Origin: Octopus bimaculoides | Lineage: Eukaryota | DNA length: 49,040 bases | Direction of reading: 5' to 3' | Assembly: GCF_001194135.2 (NCBI RefSeq) | Contig: NC_068982.1 | Span: 26,725,241 to 26,774,280 of the forward strand | Shown here: positions 1 to 11,028 of the stretch, piece by piece | Position numbering within the stretch: the stretch's first letter is position 1 | How the letters are laid out: each line of letters opens with the position of its first letter | Notes under the pieces: model-generated | Databases searched by the model: none | Told to the model about the DNA's origin: nothing | Seen by the model: only the letters and a program-made list of their open reading frames with translations | Translations under genes and position numbers: made by a program

Positions 1-420
1 TGGGGTTAGAGAAGTAACTGTGGACCAGGTCACGCAGGTTGTGGGCTCGTTTGAAAGAAAGAAGGGGTAGGTTGGGGAAGATGCAAGAAGTGGAGGGGTT
101 GGACTGGAAGGCTCGAGGAATGGTACGTTGGAGGGGCAGGGTGGAGGGGTGGTAGGTGAGGGAAAATGGGAGACGGGCAACGGCGGGTCGGGTACGGGGA
201 GAGAGAGCAGAGGCACGGTCCACAGAACGTGCTCTGGCGTGGGTTGTGCGGATGGTGTTGAGGGGATGTCTGCGAAGGATGAAGTGGCACTCCGTCAGTT
301 ACGACGATGAGAGAACGATCTGATCGTGAAATTAACGTGAAAGTGGGTGAGAACTCCACAGACACGTGTACCCTTAACGTAGTTCTCAAGGAAATTCTGC
401 GTGACACAGAATGTGACAAG
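1..420 (-). mobile_element. Penelope-like element remnant (post-RT thumb/linker region)
   Basis: Minus-strand frames read ARLPFSLTYHP and IFPNLPLLSFKRAHNLRDLVHS, matching the PLE linker motifs (P-x-V-L-T-Y-H-P; F-R-R-x-x-N-L-R-D-x-L-V-H-S). The reading is frameshifted. Confidence 0.72.
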
Positions 421-455
421 GATGGCTCTTTGAATTCCCGGTACTACTTATTTTT

Positions 456-512
456 GCCAGCAGAGTGGGTTGGAACAACGTGGAATAAAGTGTCTTGCTC
501 AAGGACCCAAGC
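456..512 (-). mobile_element. SINE fragment (central block)
   Basis: The reverse complement reads ..GTCCTTGAGCAAGACACTTTATTCCACGTTGTTCCAACCCACTCTGCTGGC. A similar block follows the tRNA-like head at 43600-43835. Confidence 0.55.
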
Positions 513-1040
513 TGTAGTTCACACAGCCTCTGCTTTTGATGCTTTTTATTGTCTTTTGATGGGTGCAGAGGGTATGTATTTATCGATTCCTTTTCTTATT
601 CTTATGAGACCTGTTTTTCCCTGTTGGAGTTCTATGAACCAGCAGGTCCATGTTTGATCATTTTCTACTCATATGTGTTCTTCTTGGATTTGTCATAGGC
701 GGTTACCTTGCCTCTTATTCCGATAAGGCTTGGGATGGGCAAGGTTACAGTTTATTCCATTTTCTTCAAGGCAGCAGATGCCATTTAAATAGAATTTACC
801 GATAAACTGAACTCTCAGCTTCTGTCCTTATATATGCTACAAAGGAATGGTATACCTTCAGCCTCTCCAGACAAAACAACGAAACCGCTTTTCTGTGCGT
901 CATTCCGTTTTTCCATGGCAAATGGGACTAGGTTAAGTCCTTCTTTTTTGTCCCATTTATAGAATTGCTACTCTTTCTCGAAGTAGATCCGAGGGATTTA
1001 AGTTGTCCACATTTTCAGGATTTTCATACGCTCCTGCACG

Positions 1041-1043
<3 letters not shown>

Positions 1044-1088
<45 letters not shown>
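1044..1088. repeat. (TA)n microsatellite
   Basis: Direct read. It is one of many (TA)n, (TG)n and (TATG)n tracts across the window. Confidence 0.95.
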
Positions 1089-1091
<3 letters not shown>

Positions 1092-1148
1092 CGTTTTTGT
1101 ATTTGGTTTGCAAGATTCTTTGTGTGAATACGTGTAATGAAGCATATT

Positions 1149-1280
1149 TTATTGTGTCTGTGGAGAGTCTTTCTCTTTTTTTGTGCCATCTTACTTAACA
1201 CACTCACCAGTTCGATGTTCACTCATTTAATTATTTATTTTATCTAAAATTTTCGTTGCGTCTTGCAACCTTCTGAATAG
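1149..1280 (-). mobile_element. PLE terminal repeat (pLTR) copy with a decayed hammerhead motif; sibling of 8108-8236
   Basis: The reverse complement shares AAGACGCAACGAAAATTTTAGA..TAAATAATTAAATGAGTG..ATCGAAC.GGTGAGTGTGTTAAGTAA...CAGACACAATAA with 8108-8236, which directly follows a PLE RT ORF. Confidence 0.7.
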
Positions 1281-1454
1281 TCGTTGACTCTGTCCGTTAT
1301 CAGAGCTGCGTTCTTTTTATTTGTTTGTTTGTTTGTTTTTTGTGCGCATATGTGTGCATCAGTGTTCATGTGTATAGCCATATGTACGTATGTATGAATG
1401 TATGTATGCATTTATGTATGTATGCATGTGTATGTATGTATGTATGTGTGTGTA

Positions 1455-1506
<52 letters not shown>

Positions 1507-1749
1507 TCGCCAAGCCAACATGGCAGTCCCAAAATTAGGACATATATATATATATATGTATGTATGTATGTATGTATGCGTGTGTGTACGTTTGTATGTA
1601 TGTATTCTGCATATTCGTGTGTTTCTGTGTTCGTGTTTGTATGTGTGTGTGTGTGCTTGTCTGTTCGTATTACCTATGTAGCTGTCTATCTGTTTAGCTA
1701 TCTGCTTACGTACATATCGATTTACTTACATATATATATATATATATAA

Positions 1750-2010
1750 ACTTTATTAAAAAGCAGCAAAATTATCACAAAAACTGTTACTCAGAGTTTC
1801 ACGTTCCCGTTCGTCGGACAGTTTTGTTTAGAATTGAACAAAATAAGGTTATATGCATAAATATACAATTACTTTGATAGATACACATTTGAAAATGGTT
1901 TTGTTTCATTGGGTTTTTCAACTAACGGTTGTTCCAGGATAAACATGCATTGAACCAGAGACGCGAGCTTTTAAATTCCTACAGGCACGCTGCGAGGTTT
2001 AAAATGTCAA
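1750..2010. mobile_element. PLE terminal repeat plus GIY-YIG C-terminal remnant; inverted sibling at about 3100-3290
   Basis: About 190 bp is shared in opposite orientation with 3100-3290 (AAGCAGCAAAA.TATCACAAA...TTACTCAGAGTTTCACGTT..). The + strand at about 1950-2005 reads LNQRRELLNSYRH, like the PLE C-terminal LNxRxELxxxCRH motif. Confidence 0.65.
1780..1825 (-). ncRNA. Minimal type I hammerhead ribozyme motif (core CCGACGA)
   Basis: Minus strand: AAAACTGT-CCGACGA-ACG GGAA CGT-GAAA-CTCTGAG-TA-ACAGTTTT. This gives an 8-bp stem I, a 3-bp stem II, a near-palindromic stem III and a GUA cleavage triplet. Confidence 0.65.
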
Positions 2011-3099
2011 CCGAAAAATACCATATGGGTAAACTTTTTCTCACTTTCGGAAAATTTTGACTTTCGCATTTGAATTTGGCTTTACACGTTATATACAGTA
2101 ATATTTGAATTACAATGCTAGTTCATATTTCGAGTTCACATTTTATATTTTACACCCGACTTTTAAGAAAGCCTTCGACTGTTTTACAAATTTAAAATTA
2201 AGTTTCGCCGAGGTTTATTTTTTACTCATTTTTATATATTCAAATTTTATATGTACAGGTGATGTACAGGAATGATATATTAGAAGAATTAATCAGGTAC
2301 TCAGATGTCTGGATGGTTGTATATTTACAGATTTTTATTCATATGTCACATGTTTTCTAAATTAGCGCTTTCACCTAGTCTTGTAGGATTTATGCGTGTT
2401 TATATGTGTGTATTTGTATGTTTGTATTTATGTAGATATGCATGTCATTTTATGTGTGAGTGCTTATATGTGTGCGTTCGCAAGCTGAACGAAGTATCTA
2501 GTATTCGTTAGATACTTTTTAGGAACGCTAAATTTCAAATCATCTCTACCTCCGTCTATTTTTTCTCTTTCTCTTTCCAATTTTCTGTTTTTCTTTCTTT
2601 TATTTCTTCTTTTTCTTCTTTTCCTTTTTTCTTTCTCCCACCACTTGTTATTCTCTGATTTTCTTTTCGTTTTCTTTCTCTCGCCCGTAACAACTAAGTT
2701 GTATAAGCACATACTAGGACGTATTATGCGAGTGCGTGTGTGTGCGTGGATACATATATATATATATGCATTTGTATATATCCATGTTTTGCCTATATTT
2801 GTCTGTATATGTCTATAACCAAGTACCAACGCCTGTATGTTTAGTGTGTATATGTATATATAGATCGTTTGGTACGTGTATGAATTGCTAAATGTATATG
2901 TATTTTAGGATGTTAGTTTTTTTTGTGAAAGTTTTTTTTAAACGGATATATCTTTTAATTTATTTAAATTTATTATTATTTTTTACCACTAATTGGTATT
3001 CAGGTCTTTTTTCCTTCTTCATAAGCTATTTTTGATTTAAGGCTTTCTTGGATCTTAATAATAATATGATTTTAAACCGCAATTGTAATTTCATGCAAC

Positions 3100-3290
3100 C
3101 TGTTATCGAAAAGACCGTTAGTTGAAAGGACCAATGAAACAAAACCATTTTCAAATGTGTCTCTATCGAAGTAATTATATATAACCATATAATCTTATTT
3201 TGTTCCAATCTAAACAAAACTGTTCGACGAACAGAACGTGAAACTCTGAGTAATAGGCTTTGTGATATTTTTGCTGCTTCTTGATGAAGA
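3100..3290 (+). mobile_element. PLE terminal repeat copy with a decayed hammerhead (3216-3258)
   Basis: Inverted copy of 1757-1940. It reads AAAACTGT-TCGACGA-ACAGAACGT-GAAA-CTCTGAG-TA-ATAGG. Confidence 0.65.
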
Positions 3291-4439
3291 ATATTACTCT
3301 ACCTCCAGTATTAGAGTACTATTTTTTCCACCTTGTTTCGCGCATTAACGTGCTTACTCTGTTGCTTGTATGTGTGTGTGTGNNNNNNNNNNNNNNNNGG
3401 GGGGGGGGGGTTTACTAGTCCGAACACGCTATCTTAGTATCATATATTCGTATAATATATACATATAAGTATACGTATAGGATGCATGGGAATAGTATTC
3501 AATAAAGTGTGGTGTGTAGAGTATCTGAGGATGTCTGTTTCATTTTTTAGGCTAAGAAGTCCGTAAGCTACTTGTAAATAGGAAAAAAGGAAAATAACAC
3601 TGAGGCAGTAAAGAAAGAATGATATTTACCTTACTGTAGTCCATATACGAAGCGCTTTTTTGGCGTTGATGTTGTATGTCCTTCTGCTAAGGTGATTTTA
3701 GTTGTCTATGCAATAATATTTTTAAATGTTGGTGATTTTGTCTTCTGAATTGTTTAAAAGACTGTGCTGTTCCTTATGAAGATTTATAGATTGTTCAACA
3801 AAATAAAATCTTAATTTATTTTTGCTATTGGCAGAGTTTGTTTTATTTAAATTTTATAGACCTTCTGCAATTAATGCATGATTTATTCATAATTTTTTTA
3901 ATGTTAATGGGTTTAATTTTCATCGATATTGATATTTTAAAGAAGTATTCATACACCGTCTTCAACAGTTAATGAATGTTGGTGAACAATTTATGTTTCA
4001 ATGTAATATTTTGACTGGAGATGAAGTGTGGAAATGATCTGGGAAACATTAATCAAGCGTAAGAATATGTGTGGCAGTTGTTATTCTTTGTTCCATTACT
4101 GGTTATGTATTCAGATTGTTGCCGCTAAATAGCTTGTATTATTGTGCATTATTTTTCTTCGAGTAAGTTATGAAATATGTATTTACTACCAATAAGTATC
4201 ATTGACTCTTAGGGAAAGCAGGGTAATGAATTAATGGAATTGTAGAAATGAAATGTAAGAATATTAGAAATTATAATTGACTTACAAGAGATGAATGATA
4301 TTTACATGAGTGAGTAACTGTCTGGATATATGCTGGTGCTTGGGCTGTAGTTGATCATAGGTAATTTTACCTGGTCTTTATGATAGTTGGTACTTATTGG
4401 TTTGCCTTCTGAAAGAGCTAATAAATGGATAAAGTCTAT

Positions 4440-5690
4440 TCAAATGTCTATATTATAATAGAAACCTGGAAATAGTTCTATTATTTCCTCATTGATGAGA
4501 TGAGCATCAACATTTTTGTGTGCCAAAACAACAATTTTTGAAACATTTTCTGGCTCTGAAATGCATTCCTGCATGACATTTCTATAGAAAACCAAGGAAA
4601 TGATGACATTAAAATCATGAACAATGTTACATACCTGGAGTATAATAATTTCATCATTTGCTTCTTCTACTACAGAACCATGTCCTACACGAAGTATAAA
4701 GTTGCTGAATTGAATTTGGTTGTTTTGATCTACTGAATTCTATGTATATGATTTTAGTCGCATATTTTCTGTCAGCTGGATTTTTTTACATGTTTCTATA
4801 AAGATGAATTGTTAAATCCGTGGTCCGCTGCCATGTTTAATGACAGCTAATATTTGTCGAAAATCCCCACCGAAAATTATTACTTTTACTCTAAACAGTG
4901 CATGTTCAAACCTGGGGTCAACTGTTTTCATAAGATCTCTTAATATTCTATCCAATGCCTCTGCGAGGAAGCGGTGAGACATAGGTAGTTCATCCCAAAT
5001 TACAACGTCAGTCTGAATAATATAAGTTGCTTTGTCACTCTGTATTGATACATTACATGTGGCACCATTAGTAGGCAGAAAACGGAATGAGCTGTGGTAC
5101 CCCCATTAAGTAGCAATGAGCTATAGCAGATGATTCAATTGCTATTGCAATATTTCCTTCTTTGCAGACGTAGGAAAGAATCATACTATAGGGAAACGTT
5201 TTATTTGACCCACCCGGTCCATCAATAAAGAAAGTTTTACCAGTAAGAATCTTGTAACTGTGAATTGCTTCTTTAATGATCTGGAATGATGCCTATTGAC
5301 CACAATTTGATTTTTTGATATTTTCATCGAAGAAACTCTTTTGTTCAATCTGTGGAAAATTTCTAAGATCTTGCAGAATGACTGGATTGCCTGTACTAAT
5401 GTTGAAAATATTCATGTTTGGTGTACTCAATGGTGGGGGGGGGGGGGGTGTTTAATGTTGAACCATTTTCTTTTAAAATAAGTTCAATTTTTTGTAATCT
5501 ATGCTGTCACATGCTATCATTGAAATCTTCTACTTCTAAAGCAGTCATTTCATCTTCTGAAATCTTCTTTTCAAATGCTGTAAATATATGTCAGGTTCTG
5601 CAAGGTTGCTGGAAAACACTGGAACACATGCAATATGAAGCGCCCGAAAACGTAAAACAGAACGATAAGATGAAATGGAATTGCTTACAG
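4440..5690 (-). pseudogene. Helitron PIF1-like helicase, N-terminal half, with stops and frameshifts
   Basis: Walker A is degenerate (GGSNKT). Also present are Walker B WDE, GGDFRQ, LTENMR, FSNFILRVGHG and VVLAHKNVDAHLINEEIIELFPG. Confidence 0.85.
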
Positions 5691-6000
5691 ATTGTGTATT
5701 ATTTAAAAAGCGATAAATAATTACTGCTTAAACACTGCCAATATCTATATAGACGGATCACCTCCGATAATTAAAAATAGATATTGTGATCTTAGAAAAG
5801 GAGTATATTTACCTTTGTTCAAAGCAATAAAATATTAATTCTTATTATTCTTATAGTTATAATAAATGGTGCTGAAAGAATGCATCAGTTTAAAATATAA
5901 AAATTTAAAGCAGAAACCTAGAAGATGAAGTACTACAAAGCAATTATTAACAGAACGTGCATTTAATATTAAAAAAACAATGATGAATTAAGATATATTC

Positions 6001-6192
6001 TTTTCTACTCTATGAACAAGGCCCGAAATTGTGGGGCAGTGAGGAGGCAGTCGACTAGACCAACCCTAATACGCAACCGAAGGATGAAAGGCAAAGTCGA
6101 CCTCGGCGGAATTTAAAGTCAGAACGTAAAGACAGACTAAATACCGCTAAGCATTCCGCCTGGCGTGCTAACGTTTCTGCCAGCTCACCGCC
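6001..6192 (-). mobile_element. tRNA-derived SINE, family A (copy 1, internally deleted)
   Basis: The reverse complement has a tRNA-like head GGCGGTGAGCTGGCAGAAACGTTAGCACGCC..TTTAAATTCCGCCGAGGTCGACTTTGCCTTTCATCC. It is shared with 6200-6375 and 37901-38060. Confidence 0.8.
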
Positions 6193-6199
6193 TTTTGAG

Positions 6200-6375
6200 A
6201 GAAAGGGGATGAGTCGAATACATCGGCTCCAGTGCGTAACTGGTACTTAATTTATCGACCCCGAAAGGGTGAAAGGCAAAGTTGACCCCGGCGGGAATGA
6301 ACTCAGAACATGAAGACAGACGAAATACCGCTAAGCATTTCGCCCGGCGTGCTAACGATTCTGTCTGCTCGCCGG
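6200..6375 (-). mobile_element. tRNA-derived SINE, family A (copy 2)
   Basis: Tandem neighbour of copy 1 with the same head and the CTTTCGGGGTCGATAAATTAAGTACCAG block. Confidence 0.8.
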
Positions 6376-6730
6376 CGAATTAAACTCTGAAGGAATAGCA
6401 CACAAGTAAACATAAGCTTTAATAAAAACAATTCTTTCTATGGAGGAACAATAAAAACAAAATATTATTAGTATTAAAGAAACCGAAAGTAAACATTATG
6501 CAATAAACATTTTTAGATGTCTTATATCACGAAAGCAAATCAAATTGTATGAATAGATCGTAAAACTGATCCGTAAAAATTTCAAATAGCGTTGGTAATT
6601 TTGTCTTGGCGCATGCGCATAAACATGTACTCCGGTCTGGAAACGCTATAACCGGTCGTGTGTATCACTGCACATGCGTAACAGGACATACAGAGAAACA
6701 CCTTTTCTTTTAAATATATTACTAATGATC

Positions 6731-6761
<31 letters not shown>

Positions 6762-6810
6762 CGTCTATATAATAGCCATACTAACAACAATACCTGTGTA
6801 TGTATAAACT

Positions 6811-8229
6811 TTGGGTTTTGGGGTAGGACTCACCTTCTACGTATATTTCCTATTTAATACTGGGGATGTTTCATTTATGACGACGTACTCCTGTATTTGC
6901 CTGAACAACAATAGTGCCAATAATAATAACAACAATGATAACCACAACATCCCCTACACAGACAACTATAACAACAACAACACAAACATAAGAAATGAAA
7001 ACAACACCAATTATAATAACAGCAATAGTGATGATAATAGCAACAACAATGACAACAATAACTGCAACATCATCTACTCCGCCACCAACACCACCCACAA
7101 CAATAACAACAACAATAAAAACAATAAACACAACACAAGCACTACCACCACCACCACCACCACCACCAGCAGCAGCAACAACAATGCCAGTAACCATAAC
7201 AACAACCACAACGATAGTAACACCAGTAGCATCTTATACTCTGTCTCCTATAACACCAACAACAAATCATACGACATGACGAGGATCTACCCCACAGATT
7301 TACCCTTCAACAAAAAGGTATGTATCCCACCACAGATTGACAGTGAAACAGAGGCAAGGATTTCCTTAGCTAGAAATAGACTCCGACATATCTTAGACCG
7401 GTACAACAAAACCACTAAAAAACAATGAGGGGGAGACCCGCCAACTCAGTTCATCTGTTCCCAAAGGGCTACAAAAACTGAAACAGTGAATTAGGAACAG
7501 GGAACTAGTGTGCCTTCCTAAAAGACAAGACTGGCAGACAGTCAATAGACAGCTCACAGAACTATGTCCAGACCATGCAACAACACATCAGTAGCATGAG
7601 AGAAGTTGCACCACAGGAACATGAAAGAGTCGAAAATCTCCTCAATGCACACATATGGTGCAACATACTCCAACCCAAGAAACGGACTGCACAAAATTTC
7701 CAAGCATTCAACAACGATGTTCCTATGCTGCACGGGTTACGCAAAGACCATAAACCCTACGTAAATGTTGTTATGGGGCCCCGAACCCGGCCAGTTTGCA
7801 GAGCGAATATCTCCAGCAATTATAGGCTATCCTACTTCTTCTCACAGGTGTTACGACCACTTATTGAAATGTCCCCTGATGTCTGTGTGAGCACGGAGGA
7901 TCTCCTCAGTAGCAACAGTCGGGTGAAAAGAATGATTGCACATGTAACAGGTACTAACATAAGAACCACCTTGAAGAACCACATAGTAAAGTTTAACAGG
8001 AAACTATATATGCAGGTTCAAGGTGCAGCCATTAGTGTCGGTGTGGCTGGAGATGTGGCCGGCTTCTTCATCATCTGGTGGGACAGAAAACATAAACAAA
8101 CCTTAGACTATTGATAAGGTTCCAAGACGCAACGAAAATTTTAGAAAAAATAAATAATTAAATGAGTGGAAATCGAACCGGTGAGTGTGTTAAGTAATAA
8201 GGCACTAAAGAGAATGACTCTCTCCAGAC

Positions 8230-8236
<7 letters not shown>
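6811..8236 (+). mobile_element. Penelope-like element: Asn/Thr-rich N-terminal region, truncated RT and 3' pLTR
   Basis: ORF 7575-8114 contains PMLHGLRKDHK, RPVCRAN, STEDLL and HIVKFNRKLYMQVQGAAI (PLE RT motifs). The segment with the first catalytic D is deleted, and the RT C-half and endonuclease are absent. The repeat 8108-8236 follows. Confidence 0.75.
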
Positions 8237-8260
<24 letters not shown>

Positions 8261-8471
8261 CATCGCCTTTCATCCTTTTCTGGGGTGGAAGTGTCAGATG
8301 TGTGTGTGTGTGTGTTATTGCCATGGGATGTTGATGCTTCAAATGAAAATATCTTTGTGGCATTATGATCCATTTAGCTTTACCTCCTTTTACGCTGTTG
8401 ACTTGGCCTCTTATCCTCCAAGATGAAAATACTTATATATATATATATATATATTCAGAAAGAAAGGAAGT

Positions 8472-8473
<2 letters not shown>

Positions 8474-8527
<54 letters not shown>
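8474..8527. repeat. (GATA)n microsatellite
   Basis: Direct read. Confidence 0.95.
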
Positions 8528-8528
<1 letters not shown>

Positions 8529-9108
8529 CTCTGTGTGTATGCACAGTAACTTGAAATAACGCAATACAAAAACGAAATGGGAGTAGGGTATGAATATATT
8601 TATTCCGGGCGAAATACAGTGATCAGCAGTAAAGCTTCTGCTTTGTGGTTGATCACTGTGAGTTAAAATTTATATACCTAAATACTATGAACATATAAGC
8701 ATACATTCATATACATATATACGTATGTGTATACGTATACATGCATATACCTCTATGTATGTGTGTGTATGTATATACATACATACATACGTACATACGT
8801 ACGTACGTACGTACGTACATACGTGTGAGTATGTGTAATCTGAGAATATAAAAAAAAAGTTTATGCTAAATGCAATGGGCACCAAAAACTGGGAAGCAAG
8901 CTTATTCAGGGTTCACAAAAGTCGGTTACCTCAATTTCAGCGTAACAGGCGTTAGAATGCCTTTCTTTTGATGTTGAGAAATCCAATTTAAAATTGTAAA
9001 ATAACTGCAGTGTTCCAGAACCATTTGATATGATTTGTACTTTAATGAAATTATCTTCAGATCTCTCTCACAATTTAATAAAGAATAATGGATTTTTATA
9101 ATAATGAA

Positions 9109-9135
9109 CTAGTTAGTATTACCCGGCGTCAAGAT
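9109..9135 (-). mobile_element. Helitron-like 3' terminus (partial hairpin)
   Basis: Minus strand reads GACGCCGGGTAATACTAACTAG|T, similar to the terminus at 48977-49004. Only one hairpin arm is present. Confidence 0.4.
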
Positions 9136-9146
9136 TGACTGACAGA

Positions 9147-9227
<81 letters not shown>

Positions 9228-9309
9228 TGACAGAGAAAGTGTGTCTGAAAGTCTTAGAGAGTGTCCAGAGAGTGCCAGAGCGAGGTGAGTTGAGGGAGAA
9301 GGGAGGGAG

Positions 9310-9854
9310 ATAGATACAGAGAGAGATATAGACAGAGAAAAATATAGACAGAGAGAGATATAGACAGAGAGAGATATAGACAGAGAGAGATATAGACAGA
9401 GAGAGGTATAGACAGAGAGAGATATAGACAGAGAGAGACATAGACAGAGAGAGATATAGACAGAGAGAGACATAGACAGAGAGAGATATAGACAGAGTGA
9501 GATATAGACAGAGAGAGATATAGACAGAGAGAGATATAGACGGAGAAAGATATAGACAGAGAGAGACATAGACAGAGAGAGATATAGACAGAGTGAGATA
9601 TAGACAGAGTGAGATATAGACAGAGAGAGATATAGACAGAGAGAGATATAGACAGAGTGAGATATAGACAGAGAGAGATATAGATAGAGAGAGATATAGA
9701 CAGAGAGAGATATAGACAGAGAGAGATATAGACAGAGAGAGACATTGATAGAGAGAGACATAGACAGAGAGAGATATAGACAGAGTGAGATATAGACAGA
9801 GAGAGATATAGATAGAGAGAGATATAGACAGAGAGAGATATAGACAGAGAGAGA
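9310..9854. repeat. 16-bp minisatellite (GACAGAGAGAGATATA)n, about 34 units, running into a gap
   Basis: Direct read. Variants GACAGAGTGAGATATA and GACAGAGAGAGACATA occur. A (GA)n tract precedes it at about 9147-9224. Confidence 0.92.
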
Positions 9855-10687
9855 NNNNNNNNNNNNNNNNNNNNNNNNNNNNNNNNNNNNNNNNNNNNNN
9901 NNNNNNNNNNNNNNNNNNNNNNNNNNNNNNNNNNNNNNNNNNNNNNNNNNNNNNNNNNNNNNNNNNNNNNNNNNNNNNNNNNNNNNNNNNNNNNNNNNNN
10001 NNNNNNNNNNNNNNNNNNNNNNNNNNNNNNNNNNNNNNNNNNNNNNNNNNNNNNNNNNNNNNNNNNNNNNNNNNNNNNNNNNNNNNNNNNNNNNNNNNNN
10101 NNNNNNNNNNNNNNNNNNNNNNNNNNNNNNNNNNNNNNNNNNNNNNNNNNNGAGAGGAGAATAAAGAGAGAGTGAGGTAGAACGAAGAGGAGAAGGCCAA
10201 GGAAAAAGAAGGGGAATGTGAGAGGAGAAAGTAATAGATTGAAAGAGATCTTGAGGGGCAAAGAATTAGAAAGATAGTGAAAGACAACAAGAAAGCGAGA
10301 GGGAGAGAGAGAGTGGGGAAAGCGAAAGGAAAAGAGCAGAAGAGGGAGACAGAGAAACAAAGAGAGAAATTAGATTAAAATAGAGAATGAGAGAATATAA
10401 TTGAGATGGAGCGAGAGAGGAAGGAAATATGAGGAAGGAAAACGAAGCAGAGAGAGGGAAAAGAAATAGAGATAGTGAGAAAGAAAGACAAAGACAAAGA
10501 CAAAGAGAATGAGAGAGGGGGAGTGAAAGGGGAAGAGGGGGAGAGAGAGCTAGGAAGAGGGTGAAGGAAGTAGAAATATAGACGAGATAAAAGACGAAAC
10601 ATAGGAGAGTAATATAGACACGTGTGTGTATGCATTGGTGAGTAAACGTGTACCCTCTTGTATGTGTGTGTGTGTGTGTGTGTGTGG

Positions 10688-10760
<73 letters not shown>

Positions 10761-11028
10761 TTTATGTGAGTATGTTAATACATGTCTTTAATTGACAAGA
10801 TGAAGGAAGCTATTTTTATTTAACCGTCACAAGTTGTGTATATCCATAGAGTTTTTAAGACAATCACTAACAATTGAAACGGCAGACTAGTTCCGAAAGT
10901 AGCGATAGAATTGCCTTCACTATTCTGTCCATTATCACACAGCTTGCTTCATGACTGTGGTATGTATGGTTCTGTATATTCATGGATACTTACAAACATA
11001 CGTGTATATATATATATATATATATATA

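Larger units (their letters stand above)
3415..6728 (-). mobile_element. Helitron, internally deleted, with PIF1-family helicase pseudogene
   Basis: Minus strand begins A|TC at 6728 and ends CTAG|T at 3415. It carries the helicase motifs FFIDGPGGSNKTF, VVIWDELPM, IFGGDFRQI and QLTENMR between about 4440 and 5300. Confidence 0.75.

Noticed and set aside
1325-1749. Y/I/V/C/H/T-rich ORFs throughout the window
   Set aside because: They are (TA)n, (TG)n and (TATG)n translations.
9310-9854. CRISPR-like array
   Set aside because: The units are head-to-tail with no unique spacers, and the context is eukaryotic with no cas genes.
9109-10360. Long ORFs of 393, 368 and 210 aa
   Set aside because: They are translations of the 16-bp satellite, (GA)n and an N-gap, not genes.
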